NCBI GenBank assembly: GCA_963780185.1
Contig: CAWABA010000001.1
Location: 192,001 to 256,000, forward strand
Reading direction: 5' to 3'
Source of the DNA: Candidatus Bathyarchaeota archaeon
GTDB lineage: Archaea > Thermoproteota > Bathyarchaeia > Bathyarchaeales > Bathycorpusculaceae
Length of the DNA: 64,000 nt
Shown here piece after piece: positions 50,930-60,582 of the stretch. Made by a program: the position numbers and the translations under genes. Below the pieces are notes generated by a model that saw nothing but the letters and a program-made list of their open reading frames with translations, was not told the DNA's origin and did no database searches. Within the stretch, counting starts at the first letter, position 1; the number at the start of each line of letters is the position of its first letter.

Positions 50930-52136
50930 GCAAGAAATAATTGATATTGAAACGCGGTACATGGCGAATGTTTTCTCCAAAAAACCCGTTGTGTTAACCG
51001 ATGGCAAGGGCGCCCTTGTCTGGGATATTTACGGTAAAGAATACGTTGACTGCTCAACGAGCTACGGCGTCGCGTTGCTGGGGCACTGTCACCCACGAGT
51101 TGTCGCTGCAATCCACGCTCAGGCAGACAAACTCATCACATGCCACGGAGCCTACTACAACGATAAACGCGCAGAATTCGTTGACAAACTTGTCCACATA
51201 ACGCCCAAAGGCTTAGACAAAGTCTTTCTATCCAATAGCGGCGCTGAATCAGTCGAATGCGCCATTAAACTCGCCCGCAAATACACGGGCAAACCAGAAA
51301 TCATCGCTTTGATGGGGGCGTTCCACGGCAAAACCATGGGTGCCCTGTCCGCGACGTGGGACAAAAAGTACCGTGAGCCTTTCATGCCTCTGGTTCCAGA
51401 AATCAAGCATGTCGCCCCTGACAGCGCAGACAGAATCCGCGAGGCTATCAGCGAGAAAACGGCGGCGGTTCTTATGGAGCCTATCCGCGGTGAAGGCGGC
51501 GTTCGGGTTCCTCCTGACGGATACCTGCAAGAGGTACGCAAGATATGCGATGAAAAGAATGTTTTGCTTATTTTCGACGAAGTGCAAACGAGTTTCGGGC
51601 GCACGGGTAAGTTGTTCGGTTGCCAAAACTGGGATGTTACGCCTGACGTGATGTGTTTGGCTAAGCCGTTTGCAGGCGGATTGCCCATCGGCATAACAGT
51701 CGCCAAGGAAAATGTTATGTCAGCCTTCAAAGTTGGTGAGCATTCAACTACGTTTAGCGGCAGCCCCTTGGTCTGTGCTGCTGGGTGCGCGGCGATAGAT
51801 GCTCTTGTTGAAGAAAAGTTGACTGAGCGCGCGCTGCAAATGGGCAGCTACTTTAAGGCTGAGCTGGTGCGGTTGCAAGCTAAGCATAAGGTCGTTAGGG
51901 AAGTTCGCGGTTTAGGTTTGATGCTAGGCATGGAGCTGCGTGTCGATGTTTTGAATGTGATTTTGAAGTCGGCTAAGCAGGGTGTTTTGGTGCTGGATGC
52001 TGGGCGGACCGTGGTTCGGCTGCTGCCGCCTTTGGTGATTTCGAAGGACCAGATTGACCGCGCCGTCATGGTGCTGGATGAAGTTTTGGGGGATGTGGAT
52101 AATGAGCGAGCAGGAAGCAGTGCGGTTTCTAACTAA
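50922..52136 (+). CDS. lysJ: Class III aminotransferase (ArgD family)
   Basis: NSGAES, FHGKT, EPIRGEGG, DEVQT, AKPFAGG. Confidence 0.92.
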   Translation: MNEQEIIDIETRYMANVFSKKPVVLTDGKGALVWDIYGKEYVDCSTSYGVALLGHCHPRVVAAIHAQADKLITCHGAYYNDKRAEFVDKLVHITPKGLDKVFLSNSGAESVECAIKLARKYTGKPEIIALMGAFHGKTMGALSATWDKKYREPFMPLVPEIKHVAPDSADRIREAISEKTAAVLMEPIRGEGGVRVPPDGYLQEVRKICDEKNVLLIFDEVQTSFGRTGKLFGCQNWDVTPDVMCLAKPFAGGLPIGITVAKENVMSAFKVGEHSTTFSGSPLVCAAGCAAIDALVEEKLTERALQMGSYFKAELVRLQAKHKVVREVRGLGLMLGMELRVDVLNVILKSAKQGVLVLDAGRTVVRLLPPLVISKDQIDRAVMVLDEVLGDVDNERAGSSAVSN

Positions 52137-53229
52137 CCTGCTGGGCATTTACAGCCCTTCAGGGAAAGAAGAAGATGCCGCTAACTTTTTAGCGGTTGAA
52201 ATGAAAAAGATGGGTTTTGAAGTCGGCAAAGACACAATAGGAAACGTAATCGGAGTCGTCGGCGAAGGCGAACCCGTCATTTTGCTGTGCGGTCACATGG
52301 ATACGGTGGCTGGGCATCTGCCGCTTCGCATTGAAGAAGGCAAAATCTACGCCCGCGGCGCCGTCGATGCGAAGGGTCCGCTTGCCGCCATGATTATGGC
52401 TGCGGTTTCTGCTTCGAGGGTGCCTGGTTTTGTAGGTAAAGTTTTGGTTGCAAGCGTGGTTGAAGAGGAAGCGACCAGCCGAGGCGTCAAGCACCTTATC
52501 ACCCAAGGCATTAAAGCCGACTACGCTATTTTCGGTGAACCCAGCGGCGTCGAAAACATAACCGTCGGGTACAAAGGGCAAATCCAACTCAAAATTGTTT
52601 GTAAAACCGAGACGGGGCACTCGTCTACGCCGTGGCTCTACGATAACGCGTTGGAGAAGGCGTATGAGGTTTGGGAGCAAATCAAGGTCGCTTCAGCTTT
52701 TCCGTCACTAGACCCTTCTGAGAGCCCGTTCAACGCGGTTACTGCCTGTTTAGTTAAGGTTGCAGGCGGCAGGGCGATGTCGGTGGTTCCTTTTGAGGCT
52801 GAAATGAACGTTGACGTGCGGGTGCCAATCCAGTTTTCGACGGCTCAGGTTTTTGAGCAGATTGAGAAGATTATCGGGAAGTATCAGGTTGCTAACCCCA
52901 AGGTTTCAGTTAAAGCAACCGTGCTGGATACTGTGGAGCCTTTTGAGGTGAACAAGGCTTCGCCGCTTGTCCACGTGTTTTCTTCCTCTGTGCGAAAAGT
53001 GCTAAACAAGCCAGCTACACTTCTGCGCAAGACGGGCACAGGAGACATGAACATTCTGGGAAAAGCCATGAACCTGCCCATCGTAACTTACGGACCAGGC
53101 AACTCCCGCCTTGATCACACACTGGACGAACACATCGACGTAAGCGAATACCTAACTGCGATTCAAGTCTACAAAGAAACCCTGCTCAAACTATCTGAAC
53201 TCTACAACAACAAGAACCCCACCGAGTAA
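52102..53229 (+). CDS. lysK: LysW-lysine/ornithine hydrolase (M20 family)
   Basis: SPSGKE, GHMDTV, RGAVDAKG, EEE, GEPSG, TGDMN, YGPG…DH. Confidence 0.92.
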   Translation: MSEQEAVRFLTNLLGIYSPSGKEEDAANFLAVEMKKMGFEVGKDTIGNVIGVVGEGEPVILLCGHMDTVAGHLPLRIEEGKIYARGAVDAKGPLAAMIMAAVSASRVPGFVGKVLVASVVEEEATSRGVKHLITQGIKADYAIFGEPSGVENITVGYKGQIQLKIVCKTETGHSSTPWLYDNALEKAYEVWEQIKVASAFPSLDPSESPFNAVTACLVKVAGGRAMSVVPFEAEMNVDVRVPIQFSTAQVFEQIEKIIGKYQVANPKVSVKATVLDTVEPFEVNKASPLVHVFSSSVRKVLNKPATLLRKTGTGDMNILGKAMNLPIVTYGPGNSRLDHTLDEHIDVSEYLTAIQVYKETLLKLSELYNNKNPTE

Positions 53230-53250
53230 AGCTAACTAGTTTTTGTGGTT

Positions 53251-53325
53251 GGTTTTGGTTGTAAAAATCGGGTACCCCTTTTGAGTCGTGCTCTGTCTCT
53301 CTCACAGCTACCCTCCTCGGTCTAA
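53251..53325 (-). repeat. Second copy of the AGGGGTACCC intergenic element
   Basis: Reverse complement AGGGGTACCCGATTTTTACA matches 36281-36300 at 19/20. It also shares CGAGGAGGG and AGACCGAGG. Confidence 0.65.
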
Positions 53326-53441
53326 TAGATGAACCAAATATGTCCCAAATATGAATCAGCATGCCTCAACGTGCACTCGCCCCGCGTTTTTCCATGTGGA
53401 ATAAGTCTTTTTCAACATCAAATGACCGAATTCGCTTGGTT

Positions 53442-55367
53442 TTATGGCAGGGTTTTGGAGTTTTCTGCAGCTTTCTTTACTTTCTTAACGTAGAGCGCCG
53501 CCACTATGGTTGCCGCCGCCAAGATGGCTATAACCACGTACAAGGCGAGGTTTGGGTTGCCAGGGGTGCTGGTTGGTTTTTGTGTTGTTTGCGGCTGGGG
53601 GCTGGTGTTTGGGGTTTGGATTGCGATGTTTTTGAAGGCGATGGCGGTGTCTTCGTTGTTTGTTAGAAGCAGAACCGCTGGGTTGCTCATGTTTTGGCTG
53701 CTTGCGCTCTGGATTAAGATGCCGTTTTCGTAGCTTAGGCTGGTGGATGCACTGTTGCCGTTTACTGTGGTGGTTATTTGGTACCAGACGTTTTCTTTGA
53801 TGTTTCCTGTGGCGTTTGTGACTGTTGCGGTTGTCTGCATGTTTGAGAGGTCTTCTTGGCTTAGTCCTTTGATGTTTAGGCTGTAGTTGCCTGCGGTGTT
53901 TTGGAGGATAAGGCTGAATTGGTTGTCAAGGGTCTGGTTAAAATCGTCGGGCAACATAAGCGGCTCAAAACCCTGAGGAACATCTAACGGAACCGTTTCG
54001 TTGTGAGCAGGTATCTCCACAGCCATTACTTTTCCATTATGCATAAGCAACCTTTGTACGCTGGCGGACACGCTTACGTTGGTGGTCGGCACGTTTGATA
54101 TGGTTTGTCCAGCCGGCAGCACGATAAAGTTGTAGCTCAAAGAAGCCTCCGAGCCTAACGGTACCGTGAGGAAGCTGTTTGCGCCCTGCATCGCCAGCGT
54201 TGCGAACTCTGACAAGCCGGCTTGCCCAAAGATAAAGTTGTAGCCTATTGAGTTGAACTGGTAATATGATTGGGGCCCAACGAAGATTGGTACGGTTTGG
54301 CTGTCGGTGCATGCGTAGTTTGAAGCGCCGTTCCAGTTTGCCGTTATGTAGTAGGTTCCTGTGGAGGTGAAGTTCCAGGTGAAGATGTAGTTGCCGTCAA
54401 TGTCCGTTACGGCGTTGAGGAAGTTGAGGGATTCACCGTAGCTGGTGCTCGTGTAGATGTATATGTTGACTGTTTGGCTTGGGATCGCCGGGGTAATTGA
54501 GCCTGAGATCGAGATGGATCTTTCGCCGTTAACGTCGGTGCTTGATGCCTGCTGGCTGGGGTTCATTGTTATGGTTGAAGGAACCAGTTTGGTGTTTAAG
54601 CTGGCTGAAATTGCGGCTGGAGGCAGAGAATGCGACTGTGCGGCGTTATCTATGGGGATGATGTTGGCTTCTGCGTTGGCTAATGCTTGGGATTGGTCTC
54701 CGACTTTCCAGTTGCCTTCAGGCGTGGCTTCAGCGGTCCAGTAGGTTTTGTTTTGGTAGGTGACGCTCGTGGGCGATTCGAAGGCGGTGTGAAAGTTCGG
54801 GGTGTAAGGCAGGTAGACTCCGACGTTCATGTGCTGCGGGTTTATGCCTGTGTAGAGAATTAAAACAACGTCTAATCCGCCGGCTTCCATGATGGATGCG
54901 GTGAGAAGCGACAATCCGACACAGTCTCCCCTGTTGGTTGCCAGCGTTTCTACAGGGTACTTGGGATCAGTGATATTGTATGACATTTGATGGACGAATC
55001 CTAGCACGGCATCGGCAAACTGTTCGTCGGGGTTGCGCAGGTTGTCAGTGACTTTAAGAAGAGACTCTGCTATGGGCGCCACTGCCTCCGGCGTGATGAA
55101 CTGTGCGTAGTCGCTGTTGTCGCCTATTGAATGAGTCAAGTTACCGTAATAGTTGACGAGCGACAGCGGGGTTGAGATGTAGAGTTTTTGGTTGTGCCCG
55201 CCAAACAGAAGCCTTGGCTGCACGTTAATGATGCTGTATTGGTGGCTGACAGTAGACGGAGGCTTAATCGTGTAGGTTCTATCAATGTTGCCAACCGCCG
55301 TTAAAGGCATCATGCACGCCGCTAAAAGAATTATGAACAGAAAAACAACAGTTTTCTGATGATCCAA
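53442..55367 (-). CDS. Surface protein with a transglutaminase-like domain, Ig-like domain and C-terminal anchor
   Basis: Signal peptide, YPVETL…GDC, H (QHMNVGV), E (AEAT), beta-rich middle, Pro/Thr linker, TM helix plus KK. Confidence 0.8.
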   Translation of the reverse strand: MDHQKTVVFLFIILLAACMMPLTAVGNIDRTYTIKPPSTVSHQYSIINVQPRLLFGGHNQKLYISTPLSLVNYYGNLTHSIGDNSDYAQFITPEAVAPIAESLLKVTDNLRNPDEQFADAVLGFVHQMSYNITDPKYPVETLATNRGDCVGLSLLTASIMEAGGLDVVLILYTGINPQHMNVGVYLPYTPNFHTAFESPTSVTYQNKTYWTAEATPEGNWKVGDQSQALANAEANIIPIDNAAQSHSLPPAAISASLNTKLVPSTITMNPSQQASSTDVNGERSISISGSITPAIPSQTVNIYIYTSTSYGESLNFLNAVTDIDGNYIFTWNFTSTGTYYITANWNGASNYACTDSQTVPIFVGPQSYYQFNSIGYNFIFGQAGLSEFATLAMQGANSFLTVPLGSEASLSYNFIVLPAGQTISNVPTTNVSVSASVQRLLMHNGKVMAVEIPAHNETVPLDVPQGFEPLMLPDDFNQTLDNQFSLILQNTAGNYSLNIKGLSQEDLSNMQTTATVTNATGNIKENVWYQITTTVNGNSASTSLSYENGILIQSASSQNMSNPAVLLLTNNEDTAIAFKNIAIQTPNTSPQPQTTQKPTSTPGNPNLALYVVIAILAAATIVAALYVKKVKKAAENSKTLP

Positions 55368-55562
55368 AATTCATGTGCCTCCTAAAGCATTGCCCGGTGC
55401 CGAACCGACAATAATATGGACATTTGCCATGCATTTATCTTTTATCCCATATTCCCCCAGAAGCATCCCCTATGTTGGTTAACGTAAAAAAGTGGTTGGA
55501 AGCTTCCTTTAGGCAAGGTTTTTGAGCTTTAATGTTACTCTTAATTCTGAAGGTTATTTGTT

Positions 55563-55883
55563 TTGAGCGATGGTTTTGTTGTTTCGATGAAAGAAGACGA
55601 GCTCGGGGAAGGCAAAATGAAAGCCATCCGGCTCAAAGGTAAACCTATCTTGCTGGTAAGGGTCGGCGGCGAAGTTTATGGTGTTTCAAACGTTTGCCCT
55701 CACGCAGGCTGCAGCTTCCAAGCAGGCATCCTGACGGGTTACACGTTGATGTGTCCTTGTCACGGCTGGAAATTCGATGTGCGAAACGGGCAATACCAAG
55801 AAATCCCCAATGTGAAGCTGTCTTGTTACCCCTGCAAGGTCGAAAATGGCAGAATATTTGTGGAAATCGCGAAAGACAAGTAA
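55563..55883 (+). CDS. Rieske [2Fe-2S] ferredoxin
   Basis: CPH…CPCHGWKFD. Confidence 0.92.
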   Translation: MSDGFVVSMKEDELGEGKMKAIRLKGKPILLVRVGGEVYGVSNVCPHAGCSFQAGILTGYTLMCPCHGWKFDVRNGQYQEIPNVKLSCYPCKVENGRIFVEIAKDK

Positions 55884-55983
55884 AACTACTTTTGCTTCCG
55901 TAAGAAAAACGGCGCAAATCCTTGAGAACCAAGATAGAAGAAAAATCCTTTAGCGCAATAGGGGGAAATATGCCTAAGTTAGG

Positions 55984-56976
55984 TTAGGCGTTGGGGTTTT
56001 GGCTTAACTGCTGTAGTGCCCTAAGACGCTTGGTTACGTTCGGGTGAGTCGAGAAAGCTTCTGCCACTTTGTCTTTGCCTGTTACTTTTCTCGAAAGGAT
56101 TTCTTGAACCATAAGCTGTGCGTCCCAGCTTTTTGCGGCTTGGTCTGAATCGCCTGGGTCGGATATGAAAAGGCATTTGAAAGCACTTACGCCATTCTGC
56201 TGACCTTGCCCTCTTGACTTGTTTGGTTTCTTTGAGGCGCTGACGATTTTCGCGAGACCCGTCGAAAGCTTCCATGCACCGTTATCCACCACTTGAACGC
56301 TGTTCCTATCTGCGTAGTATTCACGTACTCTGCTGAGCCACAGCGTGAAGAAGGTAAGCAGATAGCCGAATCCCATCAAGCCGATGCCGATGATTGCTCC
56401 GTTGCCGTTGCCGCCGCCGCTTCTTTTGCTTCCGCCCGAAGCCACTCCTGACCACATAAGTGAATATCCAAGGTACATGAAAACAGAAGGCAACACGGAA
56501 ACAGCCATCATAACTTGAACGTCTTTATGTCTAAGATGTCCCAATTCATGTCCTAAAACCGCTTCAACTTCGTCAGTGTTCAGCGCCGTTAGCAACCCCG
56601 GCGTGACTGCGACGCGGCTGCCTGTAAGCGGTGAACCATACGCGAAAGCGTTTGGAACAGGAACCTGAGCTAGCATAAGCTCTGGTGTTTTTATATGGCA
56701 TTTCTGGCTTAGGTTATTGACGATTTGGTGAAGTTGTGGATTTTCTGCTTGAGTTATTTTTCTTATCTTGTAAACAAAGCCAAGCAAGTATGGTGCGAAG
56801 AGCCATTCGGCAATGTTTATGCCTACTACGATTACGCCTACTGCAATTATGTTGAAGACACCGAAGTAGAGCATAATGCCTGTTAAAACTAGCGTTGACA
56901 ACCCGATGATGATGGTGAGGGTTGCCAGCATTGAAAGTCTAAGTTCAACTATACCCATATTGGTCTTTATTGGCAT
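55984..56976 (-). CDS. htpX: HtpX-like M48 membrane zinc protease
   Basis: PNAFAYG, HELGH, SRVREYYAD, STHP. Confidence 0.92.
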   Translation of the reverse strand: MPIKTNMGIVELRLSMLATLTIIIGLSTLVLTGIMLYFGVFNIIAVGVIVVGINIAEWLFAPYLLGFVYKIRKITQAENPQLHQIVNNLSQKCHIKTPELMLAQVPVPNAFAYGSPLTGSRVAVTPGLLTALNTDEVEAVLGHELGHLRHKDVQVMMAVSVLPSVFMYLGYSLMWSGVASGGSKRSGGGNGNGAIIGIGLMGFGYLLTFFTLWLSRVREYYADRNSVQVVDNGAWKLSTGLAKIVSASKKPNKSRGQGQQNGVSAFKCLFISDPGDSDQAAKSWDAQLMVQEILSRKVTGKDKVAEAFSTHPNVTKRLRALQQLSQNPNA

Positions 56977-57179
56977 GCGCAAAAGCCGCTTATATTTTTT
57001 GCTTATTACAAAGGCTATTTGATAAGGAAATTTGCAAAGGTAGTCGACGTTTTTCTTCGCCAATTCAGACGGCAAGGTACTCTTGGTTTTCTTGAGTAAA
57101 GCGAGCGGTGTGTCGATAGTGTTTAATATTAAAATAGGATGAATTAAGTAACTAATGCAATCGTCATGGGTGAGGATTA

Positions 57180-57605
57180 ATGATGGGCGAAAATAACATG
57201 GATAATTTAGAAATCGAGATTGACCCTCATGCTCTTGAATTCCTTAAGAAAAGCGGCGACGTCTTCGTCCTAACAGATGTTCAAAACCCACAGTACTCCT
57301 ACTACCGGATTAAAGGTTTTGACTCGAACCTTAACGTCAAGTTCGAAGAATTCGTGGAAGTCTGCAAAGGATACCCTGAAGAAGGACCAGCTGACCCAAA
57401 CAACCCAACCCCAGAATTTGTCGTCACCGTATTTAACGTCAATTCGCCCTCAAGCACCATGCCTTCTAACTTGGCATTTTACGTCGCGAAATCTGGTTTC
57501 AAGACGATTGACGACTGGTTAAAAAGCCTAAAAGCCGATGAAATTCCTGATTGCGAAAGCGGATACAAAAAGACGTTCTATCTCTATCGCATACAAACCT
57601 CCTAA
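57180..57605 (+). CDS. Hypothetical protein
   Basis: 141-aa ORF with an SD-like GTGAGG and normal composition. No motif recognised. Confidence 0.6.
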   Translation: MMGENNMDNLEIEIDPHALEFLKKSGDVFVLTDVQNPQYSYYRIKGFDSNLNVKFEEFVEVCKGYPEEGPADPNNPTPEFVVTVFNVNSPSSTMPSNLAFYVAKSGFKTIDDWLKSLKADEIPDCESGYKKTFYLYRIQTS

Positions 57606-57730
57606 AACCGCTCGGGCTCAAAATTCCCCATTGCGGGACTCGTTGCAACTCACCTTTTCTGAATGGAAAATTTTAAAAGCCATCGTTCAATGTGGTTTAT
57701 TCAATCTAAGTTTATTGAAGATGGACAAAA

Positions 57731-58999
57731 ATGAAGAGATTACTTGCCGTGTTGCTTCTAGGCGTTTTATGTTTGTCGGTTTTTGTAGCATTCGCGCCAA
57801 AAGGAACGGCGCAGCAATCTGTAGACTGGTGGTCCACATTCCGCCATGACCCCGCGCATACAGCCTACTCTACTTCAACTGGACCAACGACAAACACAAT
57901 ACTATGGAGTTACGCGGCCCTCAGTTCTATAGATTACAGTTCCCCCGCCGTTGTCAACGGAGTAGTCTACGTTGCTTCAGACGATCATTACGTTTACGCC
58001 TTAAATGCTGCAAACGGAGGCTACATCTGGAGCTACCACACCGGCGGTTCCATCGATTCTTCCCCAGCAGTCGCCAATGGCCTACTCTATATAGGCTCAG
58101 AGGATCACAAAGTTTACGCCCTAAACGCTACTTCAGGCGTCAAGTTATGGAGCTACTCTACAGGCGACAAGGTCGAATCTTCACCAGCAGTTGTAGACGG
58201 TGTAGTGTATGTTGGTTCGGACGACAGCAAAGTTTACGCGTTAAACGCTCAAACAGGCACCAAAGAGTGGAGTTACAGCACGGGTGACGCGGTTGTTTCC
58301 TCACCTGCAGTTGCAGACGGCGTGGTTTTTGTTGGTTCCGAAGACAAAAACGTGTACGCTTTGAATGCTGCAACGGGCAGTAAAATCTGGAGCTACGCAA
58401 CCACCAACTCAGTAGATTCCTCTCCTGCAGTTTCCAATGGAGTGGTATACATAGGTTCAGATGACGACAACTTGTACGCTATAAGCGTCCAAACTGGCAC
58501 CAGAGTCTGGAGCTTCGGTACAGGTAGCTCAATTGATTCCTGCCCCGCTGTCGCTAACGGCGTTGTTTACGTCGGTTCAGAAGACCAGAACGTTTACGCT
58601 GTGAACGCTTTATCGGGCAGCAAAATATGGAGCTACCCCACAGGTAGCCAAGTTGAGTCTTCTCCCGTCGTAGTTAACGGCTTATTATATGTCGGTTCAG
58701 ACGACGACAACGTGTACGCATTGAATGCTTCAACAGGCACAACAGTTTGGACTTACGGAACTACCAACCTAGTAGATTCTTCCCCTGCAGTCGCAAACGG
58801 CGTAGTCTACGTGGGTTCAGACGACAAAAGCGTCTACGCTTTCGGCACAATTACGGTTTCCCAACCATCCCCGTATGTGCCGCCAGTTCCCGAGTTCCCA
58901 AGCCAAGCAGTTGCCCTGCTATTGGTTGCCTTCGTAGCTTGCACCGCCTTCGCCATATTTGCGGCGAAAAAGAAGCGCGTTTACGGAAAAAGTTTTTAG
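57731..58999 (+). CDS. PQQ-like (BamB-type) beta-propeller surface protein with a PEF-type C-terminal sorting signal
   Basis: Signal peptide, eight ~40-aa SSPAV-x-NGVVYVGS-x-D-x2-VYAL repeats, then VPEFP, a TM helix and KKKR. Confidence 0.9.
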   Translation: MKRLLAVLLLGVLCLSVFVAFAPKGTAQQSVDWWSTFRHDPAHTAYSTSTGPTTNTILWSYAALSSIDYSSPAVVNGVVYVASDDHYVYALNAANGGYIWSYHTGGSIDSSPAVANGLLYIGSEDHKVYALNATSGVKLWSYSTGDKVESSPAVVDGVVYVGSDDSKVYALNAQTGTKEWSYSTGDAVVSSPAVADGVVFVGSEDKNVYALNAATGSKIWSYATTNSVDSSPAVSNGVVYIGSDDDNLYAISVQTGTRVWSFGTGSSIDSCPAVANGVVYVGSEDQNVYAVNALSGSKIWSYPTGSQVESSPVVVNGLLYVGSDDDNVYALNASTGTTVWTYGTTNLVDSSPAVANGVVYVGSDDKSVYAFGTITVSQPSPYVPPVPEFPSQAVALLLVAFVACTAFAIFAAKKKRVYGKSF

Positions 59000-59037
59000 C
59001 GAAAGGCAGCCAAAAATTTCTTTGAACCAGCCCTGCG

Positions 59038-59202
59038 TTAAGTTGGTTTCTGCGAAAATTCACGTTGTTTCTGTATTCTGGCGCTGTACCAATTCCAAAT
59101 CTTGTCCGCTGCGTCCTCGGAGTACCCGGAGTTAGCGAGTTCTCTTTTGAACGTGCGTTGAGAAGGCGCCCTCCGCTTTTTAGTGTTCTGCAGCTGTCGC
59201 AT
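59038..59202 (-). CDS. Small basic protein (54 aa), not in the ORF track
   Basis: MRQLQNTKKRRAPSQRTFKRELANSGYSEDAADKIWNWYSARIQKQREFSQKPT*. TTTATTA lies ~29 nt upstream of the ATG (leaderless spacing). Confidence 0.55.
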   Translation of the reverse strand: MRQLQNTKKRRAPSQRTFKRELANSGYSEDAADKIWNWYSARIQKQREFSQKPT

Positions 59203-59574
59203 ACTTTTTCTGCAGTGTAAAAAATAATAAAGGTTGTGAATTTTGAATCAAATTAGTAGATGTGTACAACACAGACACAGCTCGCAATCCCTATCTGCGT
59301 CTTGTGTCATTTCAGCGGGTTCCACGATTTTCCGTTTGCAAGGTGCTCTGCAGAAAATGGGCTGAAACGGCGTCTAAACCGTAAAAAACAATTTTCTAAT
59401 CTTGAACGACCTGAAAGGCTGCCTGAAGATTTTCATTGACCTCGTCTGAAGGCTTTCTTTCATCTGGTGATGGAAAAGGAGAAGATTTAAGAGTCAAACC
59501 TAGGGGTTGCGCATTTTCTGGTTTGAGAACTTTTAAATAATGCATTATTCTGGTAGTTATGTGAGGTTTTTGGT

Positions 59575-60009
59575 TTGTTCGGCGGGTATTTGACTATTGC
59601 GGGGCGCAATGTGGACCTTGCGGGTTTGCTTGTTACTTTGGTTGGGTTGATTATTCTTTGGGTAATCGTTTCGATTCCTGTTTGGCTTGCGGGAAAAGCG
59701 GTTACAGGGGGCAAAGCAACTTTCGGGGATGCGTTGCTTGCGACGCTTGCGGGGCCAATCGTGTACTTCATCGTTTCTTTTTTGGTAGGTTTCTTCCTTA
59801 GTTCGCTGGTTGGGTCAGCTGCCTTGGTCTTCGGCTACATTTTGGCGCTTCTCGCTTGGATCTGGGTTTTCAAAGCCAGCTTCCAGACGGGTTGGCTTAG
59901 GGCAATCGCGATTGCGATTCTAGCATGGGTCCTCTTCATCGTGCTGAGCATTGTGGTAGGCGCGCTGTTCGGAGCAGCGTATCCGGCGCCGTTCTTCCCA
60001 AAAATCTAA
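59575..60009 (+). CDS. Integral membrane protein
   Basis: Four hydrophobic helices. Confidence 0.7.
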   Translation: MFGGYLTIAGRNVDLAGLLVTLVGLIILWVIVSIPVWLAGKAVTGGKATFGDALLATLAGPIVYFIVSFLVGFFLSSLVGSAALVFGYILALLAWIWVFKASFQTGWLRAIAIAILAWVLFIVLSIVVGALFGAAYPAPFFPKI

Positions 60010-60088
60010 ACCCAAGCCCCGACACGGCAGTGCAGCTTTGCGTTTTTCCAGCAAGCAACTCATTCTGCCGACCCAGCCCGTTTTCCTT

Positions 60089-60158
60089 GACTTTATTTGA
60101 CTATTTGCGACTACTACAGACTATTCAGGACTACTGTTGACTATTAATGACTCAACCC
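60089..60158. repeat. Seven GACT-initiated units with an exact 10-bp period
   Basis: GACTTTATTT GACTATTTGC GACTACTACA GACTATTCAG GACTACTGTT GACTATTAAT GACTCAACCC. Confidence 0.85.
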
Positions 60159-60267
60159 GCAAACACTACAAACCCCAAACCAAAAAAACAACCCAAAACA
60201 CAAACACCAAGCCACGGCGTTTTTAGCTTCGGTTCCTGCAACAGCAACGATTATAGGTTATGATGGG

Positions 60268-60495
60268 TTGGTGACTGTGGTGTGCCAGATGAATTCGTCA
60301 AGCGGTTCTGTTTCAGCTGATATACGAAAAAAGAAGCAGATCATCGGTGTAGTAGCGATTGCGTTAGTGGTGCTGTTCGTTATCCTCCTGTTCTTTAGTA
60401 TTCTAACCATAATTCCCTTTCTCATAGCCGATTTAATCGTCGGGTTAGCAGCTAACTACATTTTCCGAAGGCTCGACAGACAAGCCACCCGATAA
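60268..60495 (+). CDS. Small membrane protein
   Basis: RKKK followed by two hydrophobic helices. Confidence 0.55.
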   Translation: MVTVVCQMNSSSGSVSADIRKKKQIIGVVAIALVVLFVILLFFSILTIIPFLIADLIVGLAANYIFRRLDRQATR

Positions 60496-60582
60496 AAACT
60501 GCCCCTGCCCCGTTTAATGAGCAGACAATTAAGCAAATTATTTATTCTGGAAGCCGCTGAAACTAGCAAGCAAGTGAACTCG

